A stretch of DNA of 64,000 nucleotides from Leptolyngbyaceae cyanobacterium T60_A2020_046 (GTDB lineage Bacteria > Cyanobacteriota > Cyanobacteriia > Phormidesmidales > Phormidesmidaceae): positions 2,404-66,403 of the forward strand of contig JACYME010000077.1 of NCBI GenBank assembly GCA_015272155.1, read 5' to 3'. Position numbers and translations under genes: made by a program. The notes below the pieces were generated by a model. It was not told the DNA's origin, did not search any database, and was given only the letters and a program-made list of their open reading frames with translations. Within the stretch, counting starts at the first letter, position 1. Every line of letters starts with the position of its first letter. Positions 30,065 through 40,948 of the stretch are shown here, one piece after another.

Positions 30065-30094
30065 CCCTCTTATCCCTCGGGAGAAGGGTTTGGG
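30065..30094. repeat. Short GC-rich palindromic repeat (ccctcttatccctcgggagaagggtttggg)
   Basis: Related copies lie at 31813-31844, at 29694-29735 (opposite orientation) and near 59245-59270. The first two flank purH. Confidence 0.5.
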
Positions 30095-30176
30095 ATGTAG
30101 ACGTTTTGCGGCTTCCCGTAGGGTGGGTAATTCATCTTGGGAATCAGCAACGCCGGTGGAGGATTTGGGACACGCC

Positions 30177-31730
30177 TTAGTGCAAGAAGTGGCGCACTCC
30201 GGTCAGCACCATGATCAGGCCCAGTTTATTGGCCGCGCGGATGGAGTCTTCATCACGCTTACTGCCGCCGGGCTGCACGATCGCGCGAATGCCGTGGGCG
30301 GCAGCAGTTTTTACCGAATCATCAAAGGGGAAGAAGCCGTCGCTGGCGAGAACGGCTCCCTGGGCGCGATCGCCCGCCTGACTCAGAGCAATGCTAACGG
30401 AACCGACGCGATTCATTTGCCCCGCCCCCACACCGAGGGTGGTGCGACCCTTCGTCACCACAATGGCGTTAGACTTCACGTGCTTTACCACGCGCCAGGC
30501 GAACAGCAGTTCCTCCAGATCAGTCGCCTCGGGCTTGCGATCGGTCACCACCTGCCACTGGGTCGGGTCGTCCTCCAGATCATCGGCAGCTTGAACTAAA
30601 AAGCCTCCTGCGATCGCCTTCGGCACATAGGCCGGGCCATGCTTCAGATCTGGCAATACCATCACCCGCAGGTTGCTCTTTCTCGCCAACACCGCCTGGG
30701 CGTCGGCATCGCACCCTGGAGCCACAATGCATTCCAAAAACGTTTTGCTCAGGGCTTGGGCCGTGTCTTTATCAATGGGCTGGTTGAGGGCCACAATGCC
30801 ACCAAAGGCAGACACCGAATCGGCATCGAAGGCCGTTTGATAAGCGATCGCAAGGGTGTCGCCCATCGCCACCCCACAGGGGTTGGTGTGTTTCAGCACG
30901 GCTGCTGCGGGCACCGCCGCCGGAAACTCCGCAATGATGCGCCGCGCCGCTTCCAGATCAACCAAATTGTTGTAGCTCAGCGGCTTGCCCTGCAAGAGTT
31001 CCGCCGCTGCCCAGCCCGTTGGCGTTGTACCCACCTGATACCATGCCGCCGATTGGTGCGGGTTTTCGCCATAGCGAAGGGACTGCCGCTGTAGGCCAGT
31101 CAGCGTCCAGCGTGGGGGCAGAGCACTTGCCTCAGCCGCCGCTGCTTGGGCAGACAGGTAGTTCGCGATCGCTTGGTCATAGGTTGCTGTGTGCCAAAAT
31201 GCCTGCCGCGCCATCGCCAACCGCAACCCCGGCGACACTTGGCCGTCATTCTCCGCCATTTCTGCCAGATAGGGCGCGTATTGCGCCGGGTCGCACAGCA
31301 CCGTCACATAGGCGTGGTTTTTCGCCGCTGCACGCAACAGGGTTGGCCCACCGATGTCGATTTGCTCAATGGCTTCCGGCAGGGCCACGTTAGGCTTGGC
31401 GATGGTTTGCTCAAAGGGATACAAGTTCACCACCACCAGATCAAAGGGACAAATGTCGTTATCCGCCATATCCGCCTGGTCGGCGGGGAGACTAGGCCGT
31501 CCTAAAATGCCGCCGTGAATACGCGGATGTAGGGTTTTGACCCGCCCGCCCAAAATTTCTGGGGATCCGGTGAAATCGGACACCTTGATCACAGGTAGGC
31601 CAGCCGCCGCGATCGCCCGGGCTGTGCCGCCGCTACTCACCAGCTCAAACCCAAAGGTATTCACCAGTGCTGTGGCGAGTTCAATCAATCCCGTCTTGTC
31701 CGATACGCTGAGTAGCGCCAGCCGTGTCAT
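30177..31730 (-). CDS. purH: Bifunctional AICAR transformylase / IMP cyclohydrolase
   Basis: [22 protein letters not shown]...SSGGTA...GGRVKTLHP...C-terminal KHVKSNAIV...GAGQMNRV...SDGFFPF. The start is set at the internal ATG by ORF-track arithmetic. Confidence 0.95.
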   Translation of the reverse strand: MTRLALLSVSDKTGLIELATALVNTFGFELVSSGGTARAIAAAGLPVIKVSDFTGSPEILGGRVKTLHPRIHGGILGRPSLPADQADMADNDICPFDLVVVNLYPFEQTIAKPNVALPEAIEQIDIGGPTLLRAAAKNHAYVTVLCDPAQYAPYLAEMAENDGQVSPGLRLAMARQAFWHTATYDQAIANYLSAQAAAAEASALPPRWTLTGLQRQSLRYGENPHQSAAWYQVGTTPTGWAAAELLQGKPLSYNNLVDLEAARRIIAEFPAAVPAAAVLKHTNPCGVAMGDTLAIAYQTAFDADSVSAFGGIVALNQPIDKDTAQALSKTFLECIVAPGCDADAQAVLARKSNLRVMVLPDLKHGPAYVPKAIAGGFLVQAADDLEDDPTQWQVVTDRKPEATDLEELLFAWRVVKHVKSNAIVVTKGRTTLGVGAGQMNRVGSVSIALSQAGDRAQGAVLASDGFFPFDDSVKTAAAHGIRAIVQPGGSKRDEDSIRAANKLGLIMVLTGVRHFLH

Positions 31731-31812
31731 TGCCTTGCCCCAATTTTGTGCATCCCTCACTATACCGAAAAGCCCTCTTCCATAGGGGTGAGCGGAACTT
31801 TGCATCCGGCTG

Positions 31813-31844
31813 CCCTTATCCTTTGCGGGAAAGAGGATTGAGGG
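31813..31844. repeat. Short GC-rich palindromic repeat (cccttatcctttgcgggaaagaggattgaggg)
   Basis: Same family as 30065-30094. It lies in the purH 5' leader region. Confidence 0.5.
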
Positions 31845-31925
31845 ATGAGGGCTATCAATTTTCAAATCGTTGGAATGGGCCCCCCCAAGGCCGCTGCGAT
31901 CGCAATTTAGACCGAGCTATCTGTG

Positions 31926-33293
31926 TTACGACTGAGCAGAATCATGTCTCAGCGAGTCGCGCTGATAGGCCAAATTCCCCAGCACATAGGTCGCACCCAC
32001 GGCGCGATCGTCCCCCATCATCATCAGGGCAAAGGTTTGGTCAGCCAATTCCGTCAGGGTTTGAGGCGTATCAGGGCCGTTACGCAGCGCCATCAGCGGC
32101 GTCGATCGCGGATCAAGTACGACAAAATCAGCTTCTTTGCCCACCTCAAAGCTGCCCAAGCGATCGCCTAAGTTGAGCGCCCGGGCTCCGCCCAAGGTTG
32201 CCAGAAATAAAGCCCGAAAGGAAGACAATTTTTGCTGGCGGAGCTGAGCCACTTTGTAGGCTTCATTGGCGGTTTGCAGCATTGAGAAACTAGTGCCCGC
32301 GCCAATGTCTGTGCCTAGCCCAACTTTAATCGGATGCTCAAGGGATTTCGCCTGCTCTAGCTTGAACAAGCCACTGCCCAGAAAAAGATTGGAGGTGGGG
32401 CAAAACGAGATCGCGGACTCCGCCTCTGAAAGACGCATGAACTCCGCATCCGTGAGGTGAATGCCGTGGGCAAAGATGGAGCGCTGGGTCACTAATCCCG
32501 CGCGATCGTACACGTCTAAATATCCGTGGGAATCAGGAAATAGGGAAGCAATCCAAGCAACCTCATCGAGATTTTCTGACAGATGGGTATGCAGATACAC
32601 ATCGGGAAACTCCTGTAGCAGTTGCCCCGCCAAGCGGAGCTGTTCCGGGGTCGAGGTCGCGGCAAATCGGGGCGTCACAGCATAGCGAAGCCGTCCTTTT
32701 TTATGCCACTTTTCAATCAACGCCTTGGTTTCTTGGTAAGAAGATTCAGCCGTATCACAGAGCATCGCTGGGGCATGACGATCCATCATGACTTTGCCCG
32801 CAATCATGCACAGATTGCGACGCTCTGCCTCCTCAAAAAATGCATCCACTGAACCCGGATAAACCGCCGCAAATACTAGCGCCGTCGTGGTACCATTTTT
32901 CAACAGTTCATCCAGGAAAAAACCTACAATTTTCTGGGCGTAGGTCTTATTTTGAAACTTCATTTCAGTGGGAAAGGTGTATTGATTGAGCCAGGCGAGG
33001 AGTTGTTCGCCATAGGCAGCGATCATCTCCGTTTGGGGATAGTGGATGTGGGTATCGATGAACCCCGGCAAAATGAGGTGATGGGGATAGTGGGTAATGG
33101 GGAGGTTGGCAACGTTGGGGGCAATATTGACATAGGGGCCAAAGGCTTGAATGATGCCGCGATGATCGACCACCAGCACGCCATCCTTGACGTATCGAAC
33201 GCTCTCGTGCTCTGGCCAATGAAAGGGATCATGAACGAAATCTAAAAATGCGCCGCGAAACGCTTGTGGCTTGGTTGTCATGCCTTCACCCAT
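31926..33293 (-). CDS. guaD: Guanine deaminase (amidohydrolase superfamily)
   Basis: PGFIDTHIHYPQ metal-binding HxH, YLHTHLSEN, and FAHGIHLTD...GLGTDIGAG. Confidence 0.8.
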   Translation of the reverse strand: MGEGMTTKPQAFRGAFLDFVHDPFHWPEHESVRYVKDGVLVVDHRGIIQAFGPYVNIAPNVANLPITHYPHHLILPGFIDTHIHYPQTEMIAAYGEQLLAWLNQYTFPTEMKFQNKTYAQKIVGFFLDELLKNGTTTALVFAAVYPGSVDAFFEEAERRNLCMIAGKVMMDRHAPAMLCDTAESSYQETKALIEKWHKKGRLRYAVTPRFAATSTPEQLRLAGQLLQEFPDVYLHTHLSENLDEVAWIASLFPDSHGYLDVYDRAGLVTQRSIFAHGIHLTDAEFMRLSEAESAISFCPTSNLFLGSGLFKLEQAKSLEHPIKVGLGTDIGAGTSFSMLQTANEAYKVAQLRQQKLSSFRALFLATLGGARALNLGDRLGSFEVGKEADFVVLDPRSTPLMALRNGPDTPQTLTELADQTFALMMMGDDRAVGATYVLGNLAYQRDSLRHDSAQS

Positions 33294-33717
33294 GCCCAGT
33301 GTGAGGGCATCTTAGCGTGTTTACCTCGCTTCCTAGCCGATGGGATCCAAGATGACGGCAGCGATCGCGTCTGTCTAAATCTGGGGTGGGCGATCGCGCA
33401 AAGGCATTGGGTTTCGGGCATTCTGAACGCTAAGGTGGGGCACAGTCTCGTGGTTCACCCTGACCTTGCCGCAAGACGAGTCGTCTTTAAGTCCTCTGTG
33501 TACTGACGTGCATTGAGGCCAGGACTCGACTAAGCTCAAGGACATTAGCAACCGCGCAGAACTCTAGGCCGACTGCTGCGGTTCTCTTAATACCATCAAG
33601 GGTCGTGAATACTGGATTGAGCGATCGCGGCGCTCGGGCGCTATGAAACACTGAAGCGGCTATCAGTGGGCTCATTTTGAGACAACGAATCAGTCGTGCC
33701 TCTCCGTACTCAACTCA

Positions 33718-35904
33718 ATGACAGCAAAAGACTATACCGACGAGATTGACCTGCAAAAATATCTGCTGGTGCTGCGACGGCGCTGGCTACCCGCCTCCCT
33801 CGTATTTGTGAGTTCGGTGGTGTTGGCTGGGGTCTATGGCATCACGCGCCCCCCGGTCTATCTCACGTCTGGCACACTCATTTTTGCCACCAATGCCACG
33901 ACTTCTTTAACGGGGGTGGGTGAAAATCTAGGCCGACTTGAGCCGTTATTTCTCTCGAATAATCCCCTCGACACTCAGGCTGAAATCCTAACGTCCGATA
34001 CGCTGATTCAGCAGGTGATTGAAGACCTCAAGTTACAGGATGAAGAGGGCAGGGAAATATCTCCCTATGCACTCAAGATGAATTTGAGTGTGAAGGCTAT
34101 TCCTGGCACGGATGTCCTGCGAATTTCCTATGAAACCGATGATCCTGAGCTATCGGCTAAAGTCGTCAATCGGCTCATGGAAACCTACATTCAGTATGAT
34201 ATTCGCACCAATCGGGCCGATGCGGCAGCGGCTCGGGAATTTATTGAACAAGAGCTGCCCGTGGCTGAAATTGCAGTGAATGAAGCGGCGGCAGACTTGC
34301 AGCAATTCAAAGATCGTAACCGCATTATTAGCCTAGAAGATGAGTCGAAGTCGGCGGTGGAAAGCCTGGCGGTTTTAGAAACTCAAATTAGCCAGTTGCG
34401 GGCTGAATTAGCCTCGGGGCAGACGCGATCGCGGGAACTAATGCAACAACTGGAAATGGATGTCGCGACGGCAGTCACGAGCAACACCCTGAGTCAGGTG
34501 CCTGGGGTGCAGCAGGCCCTCGGCAGTTTCCAGGCCATCCAGGCAGAGCTGAGTCAAGCTCGGGCGCGCTATACCGACAATCATCCGATTATTGAGAACC
34601 TGAAACGGCAGGAAGCGGCGGCCTATGACCTGCTGCAAACTCAGGTGGCTCAGGTGGTGACACAACCCTTGGAGACTGAGCCAGGGCGGTTACAGCTTGG
34701 GACGTTGCAGCAGCAGTTGGTCAGCCAACTGGTACAAACAGAAGTCGATCGCTTGGCGTTAGAAAGTCGCATTGGTTCGTTATTGGAAAGTCGCGATCGC
34801 TATTTGGACTGGAGCAGCACCTTCCCTAACTTAGAAAAGCAACAACAGCAATTGGTGAACCGCCTACGCGCTGCCCAAACCACCTATGAAGGGCTGCTGT
34901 TGCGTCAGCAACAGATTCAACTCGCAGAAAACCAAACCGTTGGCAATGCGCGCATTTTGGACTACGCCAGTGTGCCAACAGATTCCGTGGGCACCAGCAG
35001 CAAACTCTACGTGGGTGCGGGTGGCGTGGGCGGATTCTTGATGGGAATCGCGATCGCCGTCCTGCTTGACCTAGTGGATCGCTCGGTAAAAACCGTCAAA
35101 GAAGCCGAAATCCTCTTTGGGTGGCCGGTGTTGGGGGTGATCCCCAAATATCGGCTGACGGGCCTCACCCCGCCCCTCGAAGGGGAAGTGGTTGCGCCGC
35201 TGACGATCGCGCACGCTGGCCCCTACCCGATGGTGTCCGATGCTTATCAAATGCTGCAAGCGAACCTCAAATTCGTCAGCTCTGACAAACGCCTCAAAAC
35301 CTTTGTGGTCACCAGTTCCGTGCCCGAAGAAGGCAAAACCTCTGTGGCCGCTCAATTGGCGATGACGATTTCGCAGTCGGGGCGCAAAGTGTTGCTGATC
35401 GAGGCTGATTTGCGATCGCCCAACCAACACCATGTTTGGGGCGTCATGAATGGCATTGGGCTGAGCCACGTCCTCGTCGGCGAAGGCAACCTTGAAGAAT
35501 CTCTACAGCCTATTTCTGAGAACTTGACCCTGATGACTGCTGGCGTTCAGCCGCCAAACCCCCTTGCCCTGCTGGATTCTGAACAGATGGCGAATGTCTT
35601 GGGCAACCTCTCTCAACAGTATGACATGGTCATCATCGACACGCCGCCTTTGGCAGGAGCCGCTGATGCTGCCATTTTGGGCAAAATGACAGACGGCGTC
35701 ATTCTCGTTGTGCGTCCTCGCGTAGCAGACTCCGCCAGCGCCACGGCAGCCAAGTCTTTGCTGTCACGCTCGAATGCCACGGTGCTGGGCCTGGTCGCCA
35801 ATGCCGTAGAAATGAAGATTGAGCACGACGACTATTCCCCCTACACCACCAAGGCTAAGGGTAGCAGTGAGCCGCGATTTCGACTACCCATCGGCAAGTC
35901 TTGA
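33718..35904 (+). CDS. wzc: Polysaccharide co-polymerase / tyrosine autokinase (Wzc/GumC-like)
   Basis: Wzz-type N-terminal TM, a long coiled-coil periplasmic region and a second TM. The C-terminal BY-kinase P-loop includes SSVPEEGKTSVAAQLA, LLIEADLRSP and VIIDTPP. Confidence 0.85.
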   Translation: MTAKDYTDEIDLQKYLLVLRRRWLPASLVFVSSVVLAGVYGITRPPVYLTSGTLIFATNATTSLTGVGENLGRLEPLFLSNNPLDTQAEILTSDTLIQQVIEDLKLQDEEGREISPYALKMNLSVKAIPGTDVLRISYETDDPELSAKVVNRLMETYIQYDIRTNRADAAAAREFIEQELPVAEIAVNEAAADLQQFKDRNRIISLEDESKSAVESLAVLETQISQLRAELASGQTRSRELMQQLEMDVATAVTSNTLSQVPGVQQALGSFQAIQAELSQARARYTDNHPIIENLKRQEAAAYDLLQTQVAQVVTQPLETEPGRLQLGTLQQQLVSQLVQTEVDRLALESRIGSLLESRDRYLDWSSTFPNLEKQQQQLVNRLRAAQTTYEGLLLRQQQIQLAENQTVGNARILDYASVPTDSVGTSSKLYVGAGGVGGFLMGIAIAVLLDLVDRSVKTVKEAEILFGWPVLGVIPKYRLTGLTPPLEGEVVAPLTIAHAGPYPMVSDAYQMLQANLKFVSSDKRLKTFVVTSSVPEEGKTSVAAQLAMTISQSGRKVLLIEADLRSPNQHHVWGVMNGIGLSHVLVGEGNLEESLQPISENLTLMTAGVQPPNPLALLDSEQMANVLGNLSQQYDMVIIDTPPLAGAADAAILGKMTDGVILVVRPRVADSASATAAKSLLSRSNATVLGLVANAVEMKIEHDDYSPYTTKAKGSSEPRFRLPIGKS

Positions 35905-37148
35905 TGCAGTGGGTTTCTCCATTGGGCACACTGGATTGTCCGAGTTTTCGCCCGAGACAAGCGCTAGGTTCCGTCAGCTTCCCTGAAAAAAGGTCGTTTT
36001 CCGATGCCGCATGGATTCTCTGTCTCACCCTCTCTTTGCCAATGTTGTTGAATCCCTTGCCACCTAAGTTCGCGATCGCCCTGGGGCTTGGGATTCTCCT
36101 CGGCGCAATGGGTAGCGGCCCCAGTCTCGTCGCCCAAGCCCAACCGATTTTCACTGCTCCCCTACCCTCCCCGCAGACCGTGCCCGTGAGCGATTCGGCC
36201 TACATCTTGGGTGCTGGCGACCAAATTTCCATCATCGTTATTGGCTACGAAGAATTTAACGGCACTCGGGTCGTGCTGCCCGATGGCACCATCGCAATGC
36301 CCTTAATTGGATCACTGCGGGTTGCCGGCCAAACCATCGATGCCGTCAGCGAACGCTTGACAACGGAACTGCGCCAATATGTGCTGAATCCGGTCGTCAG
36401 TGTCAGCCTTGCGACCCTGCGACCCGTGGTGGTCACCGTGGCCGGGGAAGTATACCGCCCCGGCCCGGTGCAGCTTAGCAGCCTCACCAGCACAAACCAA
36501 CGGCTCACCACCGATGCCACCCTTGAATCTTCAGCCAGTTCACCGACCCTGAGCCAAGCCCTAATTGCCGCAGGCGGTATTCGTCGCAATGCTGATATTC
36601 GTGCGATCGTGGTCAACCGCCAACTGCCCACAGGCCAAACGGAAGCGATCTCAATCAACCTTTGGGAATCTTTGACCTCGGGGCGCGTCGCGGCAGATTT
36701 GATTTTGCGGGATGGCGACACGATTTATGTCCCAACGGCCTCAGCCATAGATCCCCTCGACCAGCAACTCCTCGCCAGCTCAACCCTTGCACCTGACCAA
36801 GTGCGGGTGCGCGTCGTCGGGGAAGTCAATGCCCCAGGAGAAGTCGCTGTTCCCCCCAATAGTTCTGTGTCGAGTGCGGTAGCGATCGCGGGCGGCCCCA
36901 CCAACGATGCCCAACTCCGGCGCGTCGTCCTCATCCGCCGCGACGAAGCCTCCGGCCAAATCGTAGAGGAGTCCCTTGATCTCAGCAACCTAATCGATAC
37001 CTTTCAAATCCAAGATGGTGACGTGGTTTGGGTTCCCAAACGGGGCTATCTCACCGCCTTAGATAATGTCGGGCGCGTCAGCAACACCCTGCTCCTACCC
37101 TTTGGGTTTGTTAATCTCCTCCAAAACATTGGCATTTTGGGCGATTAG
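35901..37148 (+). CDS. wza: Polysaccharide export protein (Wza-like; Poly_export + SLBB domains)
   Basis: YILGAGDQISIIVIGYEEFNGTRVVLPDGTIAMPLIGSLRVAGQTIDAV, then SLBB-like GDTIYVP and DGDVVWVPKR. Its start overlaps the wzc stop (ATGA). The true start could be further downstream. Confidence 0.8.
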   Translation: MMQWVSPLGTLDCPSFRPRQALGSVSFPEKRSFSDAAWILCLTLSLPMLLNPLPPKFAIALGLGILLGAMGSGPSLVAQAQPIFTAPLPSPQTVPVSDSAYILGAGDQISIIVIGYEEFNGTRVVLPDGTIAMPLIGSLRVAGQTIDAVSERLTTELRQYVLNPVVSVSLATLRPVVVTVAGEVYRPGPVQLSSLTSTNQRLTTDATLESSASSPTLSQALIAAGGIRRNADIRAIVVNRQLPTGQTEAISINLWESLTSGRVAADLILRDGDTIYVPTASAIDPLDQQLLASSTLAPDQVRVRVVGEVNAPGEVAVPPNSSVSSAVAIAGGPTNDAQLRRVVLIRRDEASGQIVEESLDLSNLIDTFQIQDGDVVWVPKRGYLTALDNVGRVSNTLLLPFGFVNLLQNIGILGD

Positions 37149-37203
37149 CCAGACCAAGCCTTACCATCTGCTCGTTTTCCCAGTCAGCACACCCAGGAAA
37201 TCC

Positions 37204-38547
37204 ATGTCAAAACAGGACAAGGCGCGATCGCAGGGTAGCATCGCACCCCCCTTCACACGAAAAGAAAGCACCGAGGCTTTCCTTGCGAAAACCGTAAGCG
37301 GCACATTTGGATTTAAAATCCTCAACGTCTTGCTCGTCTATGCCAATAGCTTGCTCATCGTTCGACTAGTAGGTGCATCTGGCTATGGAGAATACGTTTA
37401 CACCATCTCCTGGGTGCAGATTCTTCTACTGCCTGCCGCCCTAGGATTTGAGGGATTATTAAATCGTGAATTGGCTGTATATATTACCGGATCTCAATGG
37501 AACGCAGCCAAAGGTCTAATTAAATCCTCAAACCTGCTCATATTCTTCAATTCTATTTTTGTCGCGGCGATCGCCTTTCTCATCCTTTCACAAACCGGGG
37601 CAATACAGCACCTAGAACATCCCTCAACCTTTTGGCTAGGACTGTTTTTATTACCCGTCTTAGCGTTGTCCCGACTGCGCCAATATGCCTTAAGAGCATT
37701 ACATAAAGTCCTCCTCGGCGAAGTACCCGAAAGCCTAGTTCGCCCCATAGGATTAGTCATCATACTAGCCGCCACACTATTCCTTGAAATCCCCCACGTC
37801 AATGCCTCCAGCATCATGGCAATTGAAATCTTTGCCACCGGACTGGCCTTCGCCACGGGCACTGTATTTCTCATCAAAAGCATCCCGAAGGACATTCAGC
37901 AGGCAAAACCTAAAACATCTCTTTCAACCTGGGTTCGCCAGGCTTTGCCAATGCTACTCATTGGTGGCATGTACGTTATCAATCAGCAAACAGACTCTGT
38001 CATGCTAGGAATCTTGCAAGACTCTCAGCAAGTTGGCATCTATGCCGTAGTGAATCGAGGTTCTGGATTGTTAGGCTTCGTCCAGTTAGCCTTTGCTGCT
38101 CCACTCTCAGCAATTTTTGCTACTCTCCATGCCCAAGGCAGTCGCCTAGAACTCCAGAATGTTGTTCGACGCAGTTGTCAAGCAAGCCTAATTTGCTCCC
38201 TGCTCTTGGCGGTCACCCTAGTGTTATTTAGCAACTGGTTTCTTCAACTTTTTGGAACAGAGTTTTTGGTGGGAAAAACGGCGCTAATTATCCTTGTAAT
38301 TGCTCAGCTCTTTAACTCTTTGACCGGTGCAGTGGCAATGCTCCTAATCATGACAGGATTTGATGGCAAGGCCGCCCTTGGAGTCGGCATCAGCGCTGGT
38401 TTGAATATTATCCTCAATGCATGGCTGATTCCACTCTATGGCATCGAAGGAGCCGCGATCGCAACCGGAATCAGCCTCGTCATGTGGAATATCCTGCTCG
38501 TATACTTTGCCCAGCGGTGCCTTGGAGTGCGATCGCTCCCCATTTAA
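37204..38547 (+). CDS. wzx: Wzx-type flippase (MOP superfamily polysaccharide biosynthesis protein)
   Basis: About 12 predicted TM helices and Wzx-like composition. The start is set at the internal ATG (MSKQDKAR). This is the first gene of the low-GC block. Confidence 0.75.
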   Translation: MSKQDKARSQGSIAPPFTRKESTEAFLAKTVSGTFGFKILNVLLVYANSLLIVRLVGASGYGEYVYTISWVQILLLPAALGFEGLLNRELAVYITGSQWNAAKGLIKSSNLLIFFNSIFVAAIAFLILSQTGAIQHLEHPSTFWLGLFLLPVLALSRLRQYALRALHKVLLGEVPESLVRPIGLVIILAATLFLEIPHVNASSIMAIEIFATGLAFATGTVFLIKSIPKDIQQAKPKTSLSTWVRQALPMLLIGGMYVINQQTDSVMLGILQDSQQVGIYAVVNRGSGLLGFVQLAFAAPLSAIFATLHAQGSRLELQNVVRRSCQASLICSLLLAVTLVLFSNWFLQLFGTEFLVGKTALIILVIAQLFNSLTGAVAMLLIMTGFDGKAALGVGISAGLNIILNAWLIPLYGIEGAAIATGISLVMWNILLVYFAQRCLGVRSLPI

Positions 38548-38606
38548 AGATCCCCAGTCACGTGAAATAAAGACCCTAGATTCCAGCGCAGAGAACATCA
38601 ATCACC

Positions 38607-39521
38607 ATGTCTCAACCACCCCTCGCCAGCATTCTCATCAACAACCATAACTACGGGCAGTTTATTAGTGAAGCAATTCAAAGCGCTCTATCTCAAACCT
38701 ATCCCCACTGTGAGGTCATCGTCGTCGATGATGGCTCGAAAGACAATTCCAGGGAAGTCATAGAGTCTTACCACGATTTAATCACCTCAGTTTTTCAAGA
38801 AAACTCCGGTCAGGCTGCAGCCATGAACGCAGCCTTTCAGAGTAGCAAAGGCGAAATCATATTCTTCTTAGACTCCGATGACATCTTTGATTCCACAAAA
38901 GTAGAAAAAATAGTCAAAATCTTTCAAGACATCCCAGTAATTGGTTGGTGCTTCCATCCGCTGCTGATGGTGGATCAACATAGAAACACATTAAAAGTAG
39001 AGAAAGAAACATTTACAGGCCCATCCGGGACTTATGATGTAACCTCCAAGATGTCCCGAGGCAAGCTATCTGGAACTTTACCAATGCAGGGCACGGCGAC
39101 ATCCGGAATGAGCTTTCGACGTTCATTCCTAGAAACCTTACTCCCCATACCAGAAGAACTAAGAATCACAAGTGACAACTACTTAAAATATGCAGGGTTT
39201 GGACTTTCGCCAGGATATATCCTACTGGAATACATTGCCTATCAACGCATACACGATAACAACGCCTACACACTCCGCAGCAATATCTCAAAGCTACGCT
39301 TAGACATTGACATCATTACAGCCTACTGGCTACGGAAGAATTTTCCGGCTCTTTCAACCTTCTCAAACAATTTATTTGCATATGCCTTGAGCCGGACAAA
39401 GAGAAATGACGACATCCCCCCAAAGGTTTTCAGCCTAATCAATCAATACCGAAAACTACTCTCCCCGAACGAGAAAATATTCATCTCTCTGAAAAGAGCC
39501 TATTATTCTCTGAACTCTTAA
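38607..39521 (+). CDS. Family 2 glycosyltransferase
   Basis: ASILINNHNYGQFISEAIQSALSQTYPHCEVIVVDDGSKDNS and the DxD motif in FLDSDD. Confidence 0.85.
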   Translation: MSQPPLASILINNHNYGQFISEAIQSALSQTYPHCEVIVVDDGSKDNSREVIESYHDLITSVFQENSGQAAAMNAAFQSSKGEIIFFLDSDDIFDSTKVEKIVKIFQDIPVIGWCFHPLLMVDQHRNTLKVEKETFTGPSGTYDVTSKMSRGKLSGTLPMQGTATSGMSFRRSFLETLLPIPEELRITSDNYLKYAGFGLSPGYILLEYIAYQRIHDNNAYTLRSNISKLRLDIDIITAYWLRKNFPALSTFSNNLFAYALSRTKRNDDIPPKVFSLINQYRKLLSPNEKIFISLKRAYYSLNS

Positions 39522-39597
39522 ATGTGCCATATCACAAGAATCTGCCTTCAGTGAAAAAACCAAAAAGTTAAGCAAGGCTAAAGCAATATCGTTCTAG

Positions 39598-40923
39598 ATG
39601 TGCTCTAGCCTCTCTATCGGAAAGCGTCCCATGCATATCACCTGGAAACTCATCAGGAGGGTGGAACATCTCTTCGTTCAGTTTGCAATCTGCTTTTTTG
39701 TCGGTGTATGGTCTTTCGAAAGCTTATTCATCGCTTCCGAGGGTGCAACAAATGTTTTCTTCTCTTCTCGGTTCCTAGATCCCATCCTATCCCTGACTCA
39801 GCATTCCATCTTCCTAACTTGCATATTTACATTTGTTGTATTGAACTGGAAGACGTTTTTAGGAAGCTTAATTCATCGAAAACTGCTCTGGGCTCTATCC
39901 ATCTTTATTTGCATCTCTTTTCTGTGGTCAGACTTTCCCCACGAAACCTTAATGAAATCAGTTTCATTATTTGAAACCATATTTTTCGGGATTTACTTTG
40001 GGGCATGCTTTCCTCTACAGCGCCAACTTCGAATCCTTCAAATTGCCTTTGTCCTTGTCGCGACACTATCACTAGCTGTATCAATAATTCTTCCCTCAGC
40101 AGGGAGAGAAACCGGTGTCCATGCAGCGGCTTGGCGAGGCGTCTTTGCCCACAAAAATTATTTGGCCCGGAATATGTCTCTTGGCGCTCTTCTAGGCAGA
40201 ATGACATCATCGCAGAATCCGATGGAGAAAAGACTATCCATTTTCTTGATGGGATCAGCGATTTTTTTAGTGATCATGTCTACTTCTAAAACTGGTCTAC
40301 TGATACTTCTAATTGTTCTTGCCCTTGCCGAAATCTTTAGGAGCCTTAGGTTAGAGTTAGGCCTAGTGATTTTAACCTGGACTTCAGCAATTTTCATGCT
40401 ATCGGGCTTAGCCTCTTTCATTGCCGCAAACTTTGAGGCAATTGTCACAGCACTTGATCGTGACCCAACACTATCTGGACGTACTATCATCTGGGGTGCC
40501 TTGATTGACAAGATACATCTAAGGCCATGGCTAGGATATGGCTACTACGGTTTTTGGCGCGGAGCTTATGGAGAGTCTGCTATCATTTCTAAAATCATTA
40601 CGGCATACATCCCACCCCATGCACACAACGGCCTTTTCGACCTGGTCATCGCCTTTGGGTTAATTGGCCTAGCCCTATTTTCTTTGAATTTTCTCTTTCT
40701 GATTAGAAGATCAGTAATTTTAGCTAGGAACACACAGATTCAGGAGGGATTGTGGCCGCTATGCTATTCCGTTTTGCTAGTTCTCTATAATCAAACGGAG
40801 TCAACACTAGTTGAACACAACTCAATCTTCTGGCTCTTGTTCATAGCCCTGCTTGCGGCTGATTTTCGCACCCTCGCGTTTTATGAAAGAGCCTTAGAGG
40901 AAAATCACCTCAACAACAACTAG
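39598..40923 (+). CDS. wzy: O-antigen polymerase/ligase family membrane protein (Wzy-like)
   Basis: At least 10 TM helices and a conserved loop PPHAHNGLFDLVIAFGLIGL. An alternative start is ATG 39631. Confidence 0.7.
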   Translation: MCSSLSIGKRPMHITWKLIRRVEHLFVQFAICFFVGVWSFESLFIASEGATNVFFSSRFLDPILSLTQHSIFLTCIFTFVVLNWKTFLGSLIHRKLLWALSIFICISFLWSDFPHETLMKSVSLFETIFFGIYFGACFPLQRQLRILQIAFVLVATLSLAVSIILPSAGRETGVHAAAWRGVFAHKNYLARNMSLGALLGRMTSSQNPMEKRLSIFLMGSAIFLVIMSTSKTGLLILLIVLALAEIFRSLRLELGLVILTWTSAIFMLSGLASFIAANFEAIVTALDRDPTLSGRTIIWGALIDKIHLRPWLGYGYYGFWRGAYGESAIISKIITAYIPPHAHNGLFDLVIAFGLIGLALFSLNFLFLIRRSVILARNTQIQEGLWPLCYSVLLVLYNQTESTLVEHNSIFWLLFIALLAADFRTLAFYERALEENHLNNN

Positions 40924-40948
40924 GTTTGACTTAAGGGGAAGAGATGGG

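Noticed and set aside
31731-31925. ZTP (pfl) riboswitch upstream of purH
   Set aside because: purH is a classic ZTP-riboswitch target, so I read the - strand leader. I found no CCGCCTGGGC-type 3' element and no pfl 5' subdomain, only the short palindromic repeat.
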